Positions 1 through 12,562 of a DNA stretch of 64,000 bases are shown piece by piece. The position numbers and the translations under genes were made by a program. Location of the stretch: positions 10,044,001 to 10,108,000 of the forward strand of contig OX597840.1 of assembly GCA_951406725.2 (NCBI GenBank). Direction: 5' to 3'. Under the pieces are notes generated by a model. The model was not told the origin of the DNA. It did not search any database and saw only the letters and a list, made by a program, of their open reading frames with translations. This DNA comes from Octopus vulgaris (Eukaryota). The number at the start of each line of letters is the position of its first letter. The first letter of the stretch is position 1.

Positions 1-513
1 AAATGTCTTCTACTATAGCCTCGGGCCAACCAAAGCCTTGTGAGTGGATTTGGTAGACGGAAACTGAAAGAAGCCCGTCGTATATATGTATATATATATA
101 CATGTAGGAGTAGCTGTGTGGTAAGTAGCTTGCTTACCAACCACATGGTTCCGGGTTCGGTCCCACTGCGTGGCATCTTGGGCAAGTGTCTTCTACTATA
201 GCCTCGGGCCGACCAATGCCTTGTGAGTGGATTTGGTAGACGGAAACTGAAAGAAGCCCGTCGTATATATGTATATATATGTAGATATGTGTGTGTTTTT
301 GTGTCTGTGTTTGTCCCCCTAGCATTGTTTGACAACCGATGCTGGTGTGTTTACGTCCCCGTCACTTAGCGGTTCGGCAAAAGAGACCGATAGAATAAGT
401 ACTAGGCTTACAAAAGATTAAGACCCGGGGTCGATTTGCTCGATTAAAGGCGGTGCTCCAGCATGGCCGCAGTCAAATGACTGAAACAAGTAAAAGAGTA
501 AAAGAGTAAAAGA
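1..513 (+). mobile_element. tRNA-derived SINE family A: partial head copy (1-~100) followed by a full copy (105-513)
   Basis: A box-like TAGCTGTGTGG, B box-like GGTTCGGTCCC, then CTTGGGCAAGTG (similar to the start of the CORE-SINE core), an internal (TA)n(TG)n tract and a (TAAAAGAG)n tail; about 20 near-identical copies in the window. Confidence 0.9.
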
Positions 514-969
514 GTTTTCTCAACGGAAAGTAGAAGCGACATCAAAAAGAGGAAATCTGTACACGTAATAGTAAACGAAGTGAATATTAAATTACAATTA
601 GGTACCCGTAGCGGCAGCTTGATTATTAAATACCAACACGTAGATAAGAAATGAGAAACCTACTTTAAGAAAAAAAAAAACATCAGAAATTGTACGATGC
701 GTGACAGATGAAAAAGAACACTTTGTAGGTGAAGCGTGGAGTGATATCACATTCCAGGGGAAAACCTGTAAAGCAAAAGTTTTCGTGTTAAAAAGCACAG
801 CCAATCTGTTCGGTGCAGTCTGGTTGGAGTTGTATTACTTATGGGACTTCCCCATAAGTCTGTTCCGTAAAAAATAATTAGCTGTCCAACCAGTGAAAAT
901 AATTCAGCAGCTGAATTGAAGAAAAAATTTTAAAACTTGTTTTCTGAAGTGCTGTCGGATATATTAGCA

Positions 970-1295
970 ATCATCATCATCATTGTTCGACCGTGGTCGA
1001 GACAATGGAATTTACTATGTTACGCCAGACTTCACGGTCCATCATAGCATTACGGAGGTCCTGTTGCTGGATGCCTGTATCCCTGGAGATTACATCAGGG
1101 TAGGAGAGTGTGTGCCCTCTGGTATTGCGAGTAGATGGCTTCCAGAGGAGAAGAGTAGAAATTACCTCATTTTCAGCTCTACAACAATGTCCAGCAAACT
1201 GGACTCTCCTACCTTTCATAAGAGATGACACAGGTAGTAGTTTCCCATATATTTGCATTTTGGTTGGATGGCGCTTCCACGAGAGATTTTGAGCA
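970..1295 (-). mobile_element. RTE-type LINE 3' fragment
   Basis: ORF 980-1258 RRVQFAGHCCR...LLLWKP...RG...YPDVISRDTG...AMMDREVWR resembles the RTE-clade C-terminus; the stop runs into a (TGA)n tail. Confidence 0.8.
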
Positions 1296-1663
1296 ATAAA
1301 GCTTAGTCCAAACCGTACAACTGTTCATCGTCCTCTTCAACAACTTGGAAAGGTTCCTAAACTTGGAAAATGGGTGCCTCATGAATTGTCCGAAAGCAAC
1401 CACAAATCCCGAGTTAACATCTGCTCTTCTCTCCATTCTCGCAAACTCATTTCACCCTTTTTGGAGTGACTTGTAACTGGTGACGGAAAATGGATCTTCT
1501 ATCGAAATGTTAGACGTCGAAAATACTGGCTTGGTAAAAGGGAAAAAGCTCAACCACAACCGAGAAGGAAACCTCATGGGAAAAAGGTTCTTTTCTCTAT
1601 CTGGTGGGACTGCAAAGGAGTAATTCACTACGAATTGTTACCACCTAATGCAACAATCAATGC
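1296..1663 (+). pseudogene. Decayed mariner transposase fragment
   Basis: Encodes GKWVPHEL, VTGDGKWI (TxDEKW) and SIWWDCKGVIHYELL, with stops. Confidence 0.85.
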
Positions 1664-1880
1664 TGAGTGGACTGGGGCAGCGGGAAATGAAATGTTTTGC
1701 CCCAAAATACACAGCATACGAACAAAGTCCGTTGCAGGGTTATTTATTTACAGCTGAGTGGACTGAGCCAGCGTGAAATGAAATGTTTTGCCCCAAAAAT
1801 ACAATGCATCACCCGCTCAGAGAAACAAAACCATGATCTTGCAACCCTGAGTGCAACACCCTAACGAATTGGCCAGGCCT
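1660..1880 (-). mobile_element. Old degenerate SINE fragment with internal duplication
   Basis: GCTGAGTGGACTG...GAAATGAAATGTTTTGCCCC occurs twice; a related segment lies inside the adjacent 440-bp repeat unit. Confidence 0.5.
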
Positions 1881-1984
1881 TTTCGGAGAGGCTACTGAGT
1901 TAGATGAGCTTACTGAGCGGACTGAGTCTGGAGAGTTTGAGGAGAATGATGAGCCTCCTGAACCTCCTGAACCTCATCAGTTTG

Positions 1985-3300
1985 ATGAACCTTGTTAGAT
2001 TGGCGGACCTGATGATTCTGATGAGATTCTTGAGCCTGCATATTGGTCACCAGACCAGTCCACATTAACCCTTACACTCAGCTATTTGTGGAAACTCAGC
2101 TGAGTACAGTGGATCAACATAAAATCAATTGTCTTGCTCAAGGACAAAACTCGCCACCAGACCCGAAAATCGAAAACCCTTCGACGTTAAACATGCGATC
2201 CAATTTACTAACCTCTTTAAACAACAATATTTTTCTCTGCAAAACGAAGCCATACCCATCACGATTACATTTCCCTGATTACTGGTACCTTGTCAACAAC
2301 GTGTACTCTAGTTTACAGAGAACAAACTAGGATTTATTAATACGAAGAAGAAAAAAAACACCGCAAGTCACTGCTTATTATGTGTAAACGAATAGATTTG
2401 ATGGCGACTGGAAGTAATTAAATAATGAATCTTGTTAGATTGGCGGACCTAATGATGCTGATGAGCTTCTTGAGCCTGCACATAAGGCTCACCAGACCAG
2501 TCCACATTAACCCTCATACTCAGCTATTTGTGGAAACTCAGCTGAGTACAGTGGATCAACATAAAATCAATTGTCTTGCTCAAGGACAAAACTCGCCACC
2601 AGACCCGAAAATCGAAAACCCTTCGACGTTAAACATGCGATCCAATTTACTAACCTCTTTAAACAACAATATTTTTCTCTGCAAAACGAAGCCATACCCC
2701 ATCTCGACTACATTTCCCTGATTACTGGTACCTTGTCAACAACGTGTACTTTAGTTTACAGAGAACAAACTAGGATTTATTAATACGAAGAAGAAAAAAA
2801 ACACCGCAAGTCACTGCTTATTATGTGTAAACGAATAGATTTGATGGCGACTGGAAGTAATTAAATAATGAATCTTGTTTGATTGGTGGACCTAATGATT
2901 CTGATGAGATTCTTGAGCCTGCACATAAGGCTCACCAGACCAGTCCAAATTAACCCTTACACTCAGCTATTTGTAGAAACTCAGCTGAGTACAGTGGATC
3001 AGCATAAAATCAATTGTCTTGCTCAAGGACAAAACTCGTCACCAGATCCGAAAATCGAGAACCCTACGCAAACCAATTTACTAACCTCTTTAAACAACAA
3101 TATTTTTCTCCGCAAAACGAACCCACACCAATCTCGACTACATTTCCCTAATTACTGGTACCTTGTCAACAACGTGTACTCTAGTTTACAGAGAACAAAC
3201 TAGGATTTATTAATACGAAGTAAAAAAAACACCGCAAGTCACAGTTTATTATGTGTAAACGACAAGACTTAATGGCGACTGGAAGTAATTAAATAATGAA
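1985..3300. repeat. Tandem repeat, ~440 bp x 3
   Basis: Units start at 1985, 2425 and 2868 (ATGAAYCTTGTTWGATTGG); near-identical ORF translations at 2043, 2425 and 2883. Confidence 0.95.
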
Positions 3301-3559
3301 AAGAGACAGCTTGTCTAGTAATCTCTCTCCAGATGTTATTTACGCACTAAGCTGAAATCTATGTCGCTTAAGATCATAACAAGAATTCTGATAACATAAA
3401 TATTAAAGACGGCGCGTAATAAATGTTGAAGACATCGCTTTCATTGTTTGTCTCAGGTGGCGTGGCACGGATGGGGCGGTACGGTGTGCGGGATTTAAGG
3501 GAAGATTTCTTCATTAGAAAGGATATATGTGGTGTGTGTATCTTTGATTTACGTGTTTG

Positions 3560-3577
<18 letters not shown>

Positions 3578-3591
<14 letters not shown>

Positions 3592-3793
3592 ATTGAGGTA
3601 ATCAGATCAGATGGTTCATATTTGTAGATATTTATTTATATATTACATTTTTTACATATATATCATATCATTCGGATTAGCGCTTGCTCCCATTCTAGTG
3701 GGTTTTCAAATCAAATCAGTTGTGGGTAGTTTGAACCTTTTTATAGTTTCGTAGTAGTAGGTGAGGAGGAAGTGAGACAGAGAGAAAATATGT

Positions 3794-3859
<66 letters not shown>

Positions 3860-4069
3860 ATTTATATCTGAGAGTGAAGAAGTGTTATTTCCGTTGGTCT
3901 GCTGGACCCCCTGTGGTTTTATAAGAACTTTGGCTGTCCATTTCAATGTCACTGAGTGTGTGTTGTGCATAGGTTGGCCTGGCAAATGTCATTTGGGGTC
4001 ACACTTTCTATGATCATTCTGTGGAGGTGTGTGTGTGTGTGTGTGTCTCTGTGTGTCTGTGTGTGTTTT

Positions 4070-4107
<38 letters not shown>

Positions 4108-6023
4108 TGTGTGTGTCTGTGTGTTTGGAGAAGGGGAGAGAGACAAAAAGAGAAAAGGGAAAATAAAAATAATAATAATAAAAATAAAAAATTAAAAAAT
4201 TAAAAAAATAAAATAAAAACAAAAAATAAAAAATAAAATAAAAAAATATAAAGAATAAATAAAAATATAAAGAATAAAAAATAAAAAAATAAAAATAAAA
4301 ATAAAAATAAAAATAAGGGAGGAAGTGGAGAAGAAAAAATATTTTTGTGTGTTGATATTTATACCAACACATATATATACACACACACAGACTTATACAT
4401 AAAATATTTGAAAAAACCTTTTTATCGGTTCAAAATGAACAACCAAATTATACCATCTTGAAAGTTGTATGTCATAGGAAAGTTAAAATTAAAGTGACAA
4501 TTAAAGGGTAAAGATGGAAGTGAATTATAAAGATAATAATATAATATGATGTATATAACAGGCAATACACACATCTACACACACACAGATTTTTCCTTCA
4601 ATGTATGTTGAGTAAAGTTTCAGCCATTTAATTTGGGGGAGAACTTAGCTATGAAATGTTTTTCCATATTCCTCCTGAAGGGGGTGTCATTCTTCGGACA
4701 CTTGTAGAAGGGAAATATCTTAAATTTTCCTTCTCCACATGTAGCTAGGTGTGTGCTTAGTGGTATTTTGCGTAGTTCTTCCTGCCGAATATGTTGTCGG
4801 TGGATCCTGGCTCGCTGGCACAAAGAATTACCAGTTTCTCCTACGTAATTCTCCTTGCATGTGGGGCAGGTTATGCAGTATATGACGTTCTGCGTCTTGC
4901 AGTTCATATCTGCATTTACTTTGAATATGACACCATTTTTAAATCTTATCTCTCTGTTGCTCTCTATGTATTTGTAGGTGGGGTTGCTGCAGGTCCCACA
5001 TCTACCATCTCCGCACTCTTTTGCAAAGAATTCCGTTTTAGTTTCTGAAGAGAATTTCGCTCTTGTTAGGTGTTTTTTTAGGTTTTTGTCCTGTCGTCTA
5101 CTGTTTTTTATGCTATATTTGTTTAATATGTTTTTCATTTTGGGGCTCTGTAAGGCTATTGGTAGGTTTGAATGTATGGTTTGGAAGATGTTGGTAACTC
5201 CAGGGTTGTGTGTGTTTATAAAAGGGATAGTGTTTTCTTTGTTTTTTGTTTTGGGTGTCCTGAGTTGTGTGATGTCTAGTTTTAATGCTCTTGTGATTCC
5301 ATTTTCTATTAGTTTAAGGGGGTATTTTTGCTCTAGGAGGAAGCTTTTGAGTTCATCTAGTCTTATTAATCGTATTTGTGAATCAGTTACTATGCTACAT
5401 ATTCGTCGTGCCATACTATATGGGATGTTTCTTTTTGTGTGGGATGGGTGGCAGGAGTGGAAATTTAAGTATTGATGTGTGTCAGTTTTTTTGTAGTGGA
5501 TGTCTGTTGTGACGATGGAGTTGTGTATTTTGATGTTGATGTCTAGGAAAGGAAGTTCGTTGTGGCTGGTATCTATTGTGAAATTGATAGATGGGTGCAG
5601 CGTATTGAGGATGTTGTGGAATGTTTGTAGGTCCTCTTCTGATCTGTTCCAAAAGATGAAACAGTCATCGAGGTAGCGTTTCCACTTTTTCTTGATGTCT
5701 TCTCTGAAGTCGTGTTCGAAGACTTTCCCTATTTCGTCATATAGTTTTTTCTCCAGGAAGCCCATCACTAGGTTGGCATATGAAGGTGCGAATTTTGTAC
5801 CCATAGCCGTGCCTTTTATCTGTCGGTATGTCTTGTTGTTGAATGAGAATGTGTTTTCTTCTAGTATTAGTTGGGTGGCTTGGGTGATAAAGTTTGTCTT
5901 GAAGCGTTCATCTATAAGTTCTCTGTATTTTTCTATTGATTGTTTTATAGCTTCTAGACCTAGGGTGTGTGGTATGTTTGTGTATAGATTTGTGACATCA
6001 AAGCTTGCAAGTATGGTGTTTTT
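3578..6023 (-). mobile_element. Penelope-like element (Neptune-like), 5'-truncated, left arm of palindrome
   Basis: RT plus GIY-YIG ORF followed by a ~1 kb 3' region with T-rich and (CA)n tracts, ending in (TA)n. Confidence 0.92.
4620..6023 (-). CDS. 5'-truncated PLE polyprotein: RT motifs A-C, thumb, Cys-rich linker, GIY-YIG endonuclease
   Basis: SFDVTNLYTNIP, QIKGTAMGTKFAPSYANLVM, RYLDDCF, LPFLDI, YLNFHSCHP, CGDGRCGTC linker, VIYCITCPTCKENYVGETG...R...E...PKLN. The first ~20 aa of the called ORF (6024-6083) are antisense of the other arm. Confidence 0.93.
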   Translation of the reverse strand, partial: KNTILASFDVTNLYTNIPHTLGLEAIKQSIEKYRELIDERFKTNFITQATQLILEENTFSFNNKTYRQIKGTAMGTKFAPSYANLVMGFLEKKLYDEIGKVFEHDFREDIKKKWKRYLDDCFIFWNRSEEDLQTFHNILNTLHPSINFTIDTSHNELPFLDINIKIHNSIVTTDIHYKKTDTHQYLNFHSCHPSHTKRNIPYSMARRICSIVTDSQIRLIRLDELKSFLLEQKYPLKLIENGITRALKLDITQLRTPKTKNKENTIPFINTHNPGVTNIFQTIHSNLPIALQSPKMKNILNKYSIKNSRRQDKNLKKHLTRAKFSSETKTEFFAKECGDGRCGTCSNPTYKYIESNREIRFKNGVIFKVNADMNCKTQNVIYCITCPTCKENYVGETGNSLCQRARIHRQHIRQEELRKIPLSTHLATCGEGKFKIFPFYKCPKNDTPFRRNMEKHFIAKFSPKLNG

Positions 6024-7474
6024 CGAACTTCCCTTCCTAGACATCAACATCAAAATACACAACTCCATCGTCACAACAGACATCCACTACAAAAAAACTG
6101 ACACACATCAATACTTAAATTTCCACTCCTGCCACCCATCCCACACAAAAGAAACATCCCATATAGTATGGCACGACGAATATGTAGCATAGTAACTGAT
6201 TCACAAATACGATTAATAAGACTAGATGAACTCAAAAGCTTCCTCCTAGAGCAAAAATACCCCCTTAAACTAATAGAAAATGGAATCACAAGAGCATTAA
6301 AACTAGACATCACACAACTCAGGACACCCAAAACAAAAAACAAAGAAAACACTATCCCTTTTATAAACACACACAACCCTGGAGTTACCAACATCTTCCA
6401 AACCATACATTCAAACCTACCAATAGCCTTACAGAGCCCCAAAATGAAAAACATATTAAACAAATATAGCATAAAAAACAGTAGACGACAGGACAAAAAC
6501 CTAAAAAAACACCTAACAAGAGCGAAATTCTCTTCAGAAACTAAAACGGAATTCTTTGCAAAAGAGTGCGGAGATGGTAGATGTGGGACCTGCAGCAACC
6601 CCACCTACAAATACATAGAGAGCAACAGAGAGATAAGATTTAAAAATGGTGTCATATTCAAAGTAAATGCAGATATGAACTGCAAGACGCAGAACGTCAT
6701 ATACTGCATAACCTGCCCCACATGCAAGGAGAATTACGTAGGAGAAACTGGTAATTCTTTGTGCCAGCGAGCCAGGATCCACCGACAACATATTCGGCAG
6801 GAAGAACTACGCAAAATACCACTAAGCACACACCTAGCTACATGTGGAGAAGGAAAATTTAAGATATTTCCCTTCTACAAGTGTCCGAAGAATGACACCC
6901 CCTTCAGGAGGAATATGGAAAAACATTTCATAGCTAAGTTCTCCCCCAAATTAAATGGCTGAAACTTTACTCAACATACATTGAAGGAAAAATCTGTGTG
7001 TGTGTAGATGTGTGTATTGCCTGTTATATACATCATATTATATTATTATCTTTATAATTCACTTCCATCTTTACCCTTTAATTGTCACTTTAATTTTAAC
7101 TTTCCTATGACATACAACTTTCAAGATGGTATAATTTGGTTGTTCATTTTGAACCGATAAAAAGGTTTTTTCAAATATTTTATGTATAAGTCTGTGTGTG
7201 TGTATATATATGTGTTGGTATAAATATCAACACACAAAAATATTTTTTCTTCTCCACTTCCTCCCTTATTTTTATTTTTATTTTTATTTTTATTTTTTTA
7301 TTTTTTATTCTTTATATTTTTATTTATTCTTTATATTTTTTTATTTTATTTTTTATTTTTTGTTTTTATTTTATTTTTTTAATTTTTTAATTTTTTATTT
7401 TTATTATTATTATTTTTATTTTCCCTTTTCTCTTTTTGTCTCTCTCCCCTTCTCCAAACACGCAGACACACACA

Positions 7475-7520
<46 letters not shown>

Positions 7521-7727
7521 ACACACACAGACACACAGAGACACACACACACACACACACCTCCACAGAATGATCATAGAAAGTGTGACCCCAAATGACA
7601 TTTGCCAGGCCAACCTATGCACAACACACACTCAGTGACATTGAAATGGACAGCCAAAGTTCTTATAAAACCACAGGGGGTCCAGCAGACCAACGGAAAT
7701 AACACTTCTTCACTCTCAGATATAAAT

Positions 7728-7791
<64 letters not shown>

Positions 7792-8007
7792 ACATATTTT
7801 CTCTCTGTCTCACTTCCTCCTCACCTACTACTACGAAACTATAAAAAGGTTCAAACTACCCACAACTGATTTGATTTGAAAACTCACTAGAATGGGAGCA
7901 AGCGCTAATCCGAATGATATGATATATATGTAAAAAATGTAATATATAAATAAACATCTACAAATATGAACCATCTGATCTGATTACCTCAATTTTTCTA
8001 ATATATA
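6024..8007 (+). mobile_element. Penelope-like element, shorter inverted copy (right arm)
   Basis: Reverse complement of 3578-5559 with a few substitutions, microsatellite length differences and a 1-bp deletion near 6146; ORF 6168-6962 equals the C-terminal 264 aa. Confidence 0.92.
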
Positions 8008-8034
8008 ATACCTGTACATCATCTCCAAACCTTC

Positions 8035-8103
<69 letters not shown>

Positions 8104-8396
8104 CATATGTATGTATGTATGCATGTATGTATGTACGTATATATGGGTGTGTGTATCTATCTATCTATCTACCTACCTACACACACACACATATATATAT
8201 GCACATACATACATACATACATACATACATACATACATACATACATAAATAGTGCGTCCAATAACACTATACTTATTCTACGACCTCGCGTTGTTGCGCG
8301 TTCTCTTTGTTCATGTTTGGATTAACTATATATATATATACATTGACAGAATGCGATTAACATAATGGTCAGTAGAAAGGTGTTTGACTGGCAGTT

Positions 8397-8442
<46 letters not shown>

Positions 8443-8451
8443 TTGGCAGTT

Positions 8452-8485
<34 letters not shown>

Positions 8486-8633
8486 CGGGAAGCTTTATGA
8501 AAATAAACAAAAGACGAAGGCAGGTGGAATACAAACAAACAATTGTATATATATATATGTATGTGTGTGTGTGTGTGTGTGTATGTTTGTGTGTGTGTGC
8601 ATGTGTGTATGTATGTATATATATATACATATA

Positions 8634-8694
<61 letters not shown>

Positions 8695-8696
8695 AA

Positions 8697-8882
8697 AAAT
8701 AAATATAAAAACACAAAATGGGACAAGAACGCAAAACACTCAAATAGACGACACAAAAAACGGACGGGTCATTCGAAGCCTCTAATCTTCAGTCAAGAAC
8801 CAGATCATCCTCGCAATTTCGGCTGATTAATCTTGAGATCGCTCCGATCCGGCCAGCCCCAAGGAAAAACTAAGCTACGGGC
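8697..8882. mobile_element. Short interspersed element between (TA)n tracts (second copy 43950-44285)
   Basis: CAAAATGGGACAAGAACGCAAAACA...CAGCCCCAAGGAAAAACTAAGCTAC recurs at 43965-44128; probable PLE terminal remnant (inference). Confidence 0.6.
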
Positions 8883-8905
8883 ATATATATATATATATAT
8901 ATATA

Positions 8906-9023
8906 TGTGACAATTATTCGGTTGCCGTAATTAGACTCCGGGGTGAAAACCTCCGGCATCTCAACAGTTATAGAGGTAGACAAGATGCCGGAGTTTTCCA
9001 CCCTGACACCCAATAATTGTCAC
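8906..9023. repeat. Imperfect hairpin element flanked by (TA)n
   Basis: GTGACAATTATT/AATAATTGTCAC and GGGTGAAAACCTCCGGCATCT/AGATGCCGGAGTTTTCCACCC arms. Confidence 0.75.
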
Positions 9024-9102
9024 ATATCATATTTACAGATGAATTCCTCTATTTACATAATATCGAGGTCTCATTCATTCTTTTGTTGTCTTACCATTAC
9101 TA

Positions 9103-9159
<57 letters not shown>

Positions 9160-9232
9160 GTTTAAATAGAAATACAAAATGGCTGACGGTTAGTAAGGAG
9201 AGACACAAACAAATAGGAAAGAAGAAAACAAA

Positions 9233-9277
9233 GGACCACTGATGCGGTCACAGGAGTGTGACGAAAGAACTCTGGCC
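9233..9277 (+). ncRNA. Degenerate minimal type I hammerhead ribozyme motif
   Basis: cca CTGATGC g gtcaca-ggag-tgtgac GAA AGAACT C tgg: 6-bp helix II, A9->C change in the core. Confidence 0.5.
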
Positions 9278-9395
9278 GGAATAAGATTAAGATTAATGTA
9301 AAAAATAAATATCACTGAAGCAAAATAACACCAAATATATAGTGCGTGTGTTTTCATTGGCTAAACTGGCAACATGACCATTCCGAAATATAACA

Positions 9396-9449
<54 letters not shown>

Positions 9450-10614
9450 GTGTGTGTGTGTATATGATTTTACTGTTGGTTCAGCATTTTGTCGTACCTG
9501 GAATATCCAAAGCTGTCATTTCCAACAACCACAAATGCGAAATGTACTTCAGGCGCGAATGCTCCAAATCTGTGTTAATTAAAATTCTACCTACACACAC
9601 ACACGCACGCACCTACACAATCACACACATATTGTTATTGCAATATGTGTGTGCGCATGTGTGCGTATGTGTGTGTGTGTGTGTATGTGTGTATGTTTAC
9701 ATGTATGTTTATACGTACGTTTCTATATGGTACCAAATCTCCATAAAGTCACGAATTTAAAATTTCAATATTTGTTATTTTAATTAAGTTTCATCAGTTC
9801 AAACCCAATAAATCTATGCCTGTCTGACTGTCTTTATCTGTCTATCTGTCTGTGTGTCTCTCTTTCCGTCTCTCTTTCCCCCCTCCCCACCCTCTATTTG
9901 TCCATCTATCTATTTGGAAGCACGCAAACAACATGAACAATAATAATATCAATACCAAAATCAATAACGACGAGATACCAACAACGTTAACAGATTCGGT
10001 ACCACCAAAACTTAACAATACAATGTATTCCACCGCAATCACCGCCATTACCACCACCACCACCATCATCACCACCATTAACACCATCACTGCCGCAGTC
10101 ACCACCAACACCATCACGACCACGACCACGACCACGACCACCACGACAACAACCATCATCATCACCAACACCACCATCATAACCACTACCATCACCACCA
10201 CCGGCGCCACCACCACCCCCACCACCATCACCACCACCAATCCACCATTATCACTACGAGCAGCAGCAGCAGCAATAGCAACAAGACTCACACGAAGATA
10301 ATGGAGGCATCATTAACAACATCAAAACAAGATTAGTGACAACACACTAATGAGTGTGTGTGTGTGTGTCTATGTGTGTATGTGTGTGTATGTGTAAGCC
10401 TGTGTGCGTGAGTGTGTGTGTCTGTGTGTGTATGACGGTGTACATGTGTGTGAATGTGTATATATATATATATATATATATGTGTCTGTGTATGTGTGTC
10501 TATATATATGTGTGTGTGTGTGTGAGTGTATATGCGCACGTTTATGTCTTTCTGTGTGTATGCGTGTGTAAACGTTTGTTTGTGTATGTGCTTGTAAACG
10601 TGTTTACGCTTTGT

Positions 10615-11195
10615 GTGTGTATGTGAGTATGTGTTTATGTGTAATCATTAGTGTGGCTGTTTTTCTTTCCATGTGTGTGTGTATGCGCGTATGTGCATGT
10701 ATATATGTGTACGAGTATGTATGTGTATGTATGTGTATGTATGTGTATATATGTGTATGTACGTGTGTGTATAAGTGTACGGGCATGTATGCGTATGCAT
10801 GTGTATGTATGTGCGTGCGTGTATGCGCATGTATATATGTGTACAAGTATGTATGTGTATGCATGTGCGTGTATGCGTGTGTATGCGTGTATGTAGGTGT
10901 ACGGACATGTATGTGTATGTATGTGTGTGTATGCGTGTATGTAGGTGTACGGGCATGTATGTGTATGTATGTGTATGTATGTGTGTGTATGCGTGTGTAT
11001 GTGTGTGTATAGGTGTACGGGCATGTATGCGTATGTATGTGTATGTATGTGCGTGCGTGTATGCGCTTGTATATATGTGTACGAGTATGTATGTGTACAA
11101 GTATGTATGTGTATGTATGTGCGTGTATGCGTGTATATAGGTGTACATGTATGTATGTGTATGTATGTGTATGTATGTGTATGTATGTGCGTGTA
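10615..11195. repeat. Cryptic (RY)n microsatellite with higher-order repeats
   Basis: GTAT/GTGT/GCGT mixture with recurring GTGTACGGGCATGTATG and ATATATGTGTACRAGTATG blocks. Confidence 0.85.
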
Positions 11196-11489
11196 TCCAT
11201 TTTGCGGTTTATTCCATCTCCAGTTTTCCAAAAATCTATGTCAGTCGTCAATGCCAAAAATTTTCATTCCAGAAATAAAAAGAAACAAAACGAAACAAAA
11301 CAATATAACAATAAAAAGTAAAAACATAAACAAAAACACACACTCTCCACAAATTACAATCAAAAGGAAAAAAAAAAAATAGAAACGGAAAAATCAAACC
11401 GAAAACGCCTCTCTTAGTGTCATTTCTCGTATTAATCAAAGATTTTTCAGCACGGCAAGCTGGTGCTGAGTGCAATGGGTGCTTCGTTT

Positions 11490-12355
11490 TGGAGAGAATG
11501 AATGGAGAGAGGGTGAGAGGGAGAGCAAGAGTGAGTGGGAAGGAGAGTGAGGAAAGGAGAGAAAGAAGGAGAGTGAGGAAAGGAGAGAAAGAAGGAGAGT
11601 GAGGAAAGGAGAGAGTGTGAGAGAGTGAAGGAGAGGGTAGGAGAGTGAGGAAAGGAGAGAGAATGAGGAAAGGAGAGAGAGTGAGGAAAGGAGAGACAGT
11701 GAGAGAGTGACAGAGAGAGAGAGAGAGGGAGAGAAGAGAGTGAGGAGAGAGTGAGGAGAGAGTGAGGAGAGAGTGAGGAGAGAGAGGAGGAGAGAGAAGG
11801 AGGGTGAGGAAAGGGTGAGGAAAGGAGAGAGAGAGAGAGGAAGGAGAGAGAGGAAAGGAGAGAGGGAGGAAGAGAGGAGAGAGAGCAAAGTAGAGAGGGA
11901 GAGACAGAATAACGGAGACAGAGGGCGAGAGAGAAAAGAAAAGAGAGAGAAGAGGGAGAGGAGTGAAAGGGAGTGAGAGAGCGTGAGTGGGAGAGAGAGA
12001 GAGGGAACAAAAGGGAGAGCAAATGAGAACGTAGTGAGAGAAAAAGAGAGAAAGTGTGTGTGTATGTCTTTGTGTGAGAGACAGCGAGAGAAAGCGAGTG
12101 AGAATGAGAGAGGAGAGAGTAGGAGAGAGTACGAAAGAAAGAGAGAACGAGGGGAGATAGATACAGAGAGAAAGAGAGAGAGAGAGACGGAGGGGGAGAA
12201 AGAGCGACGGACAGACAGCAGATAGTCGAGGGAGAGGAGGTGATAAAGGGAGAAAGAGAGTGAGAGAGAAAGAGAGAGAAAAAGAGAGAAAAAGAGAGAG
12301 AGAAAGCGAGTGAAAGTGAGAGAGCAACAGCTAGATAGATAGCTAGCTAGATAGG

Positions 12356-12391
<36 letters not shown>

Positions 12392-12444
12392 TAGATAGCT
12401 AGATAGATAGGTAGATAGATAGATAGAATGATAGATAGACAGGC

Positions 12445-12500
<56 letters not shown>

Positions 12501-12508
12501 TGATAGAT

Positions 12509-12562
<54 letters not shown>

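Noticed and set aside
1985-3300. CTGATGA plus GAGCCT/AGGCTC hairpin in the 440-bp repeat as a ribozyme
   Set aside because: No GAAA box or helix III follows
4978-6604. ORFs 4791, 4978, 5692, 6071 and 6534
   Set aside because: Antisense shadows of the PLE ORF and its inverted copy
6961-8007. Hammerhead expected in the 3' region of the large PLE
   Set aside because: No CUGANGA...GAAA with supporting helices could be found by eye, so a direct link between this PLE and the hammerhead mini-elements is not shown
8760-8870. Hammerhead-like skeleton (ggctg...cagcc GAAA; CTGAAGA...GAAT) in the 8.7/44.0 kb family
   Set aside because: The core box and the helices are not in register
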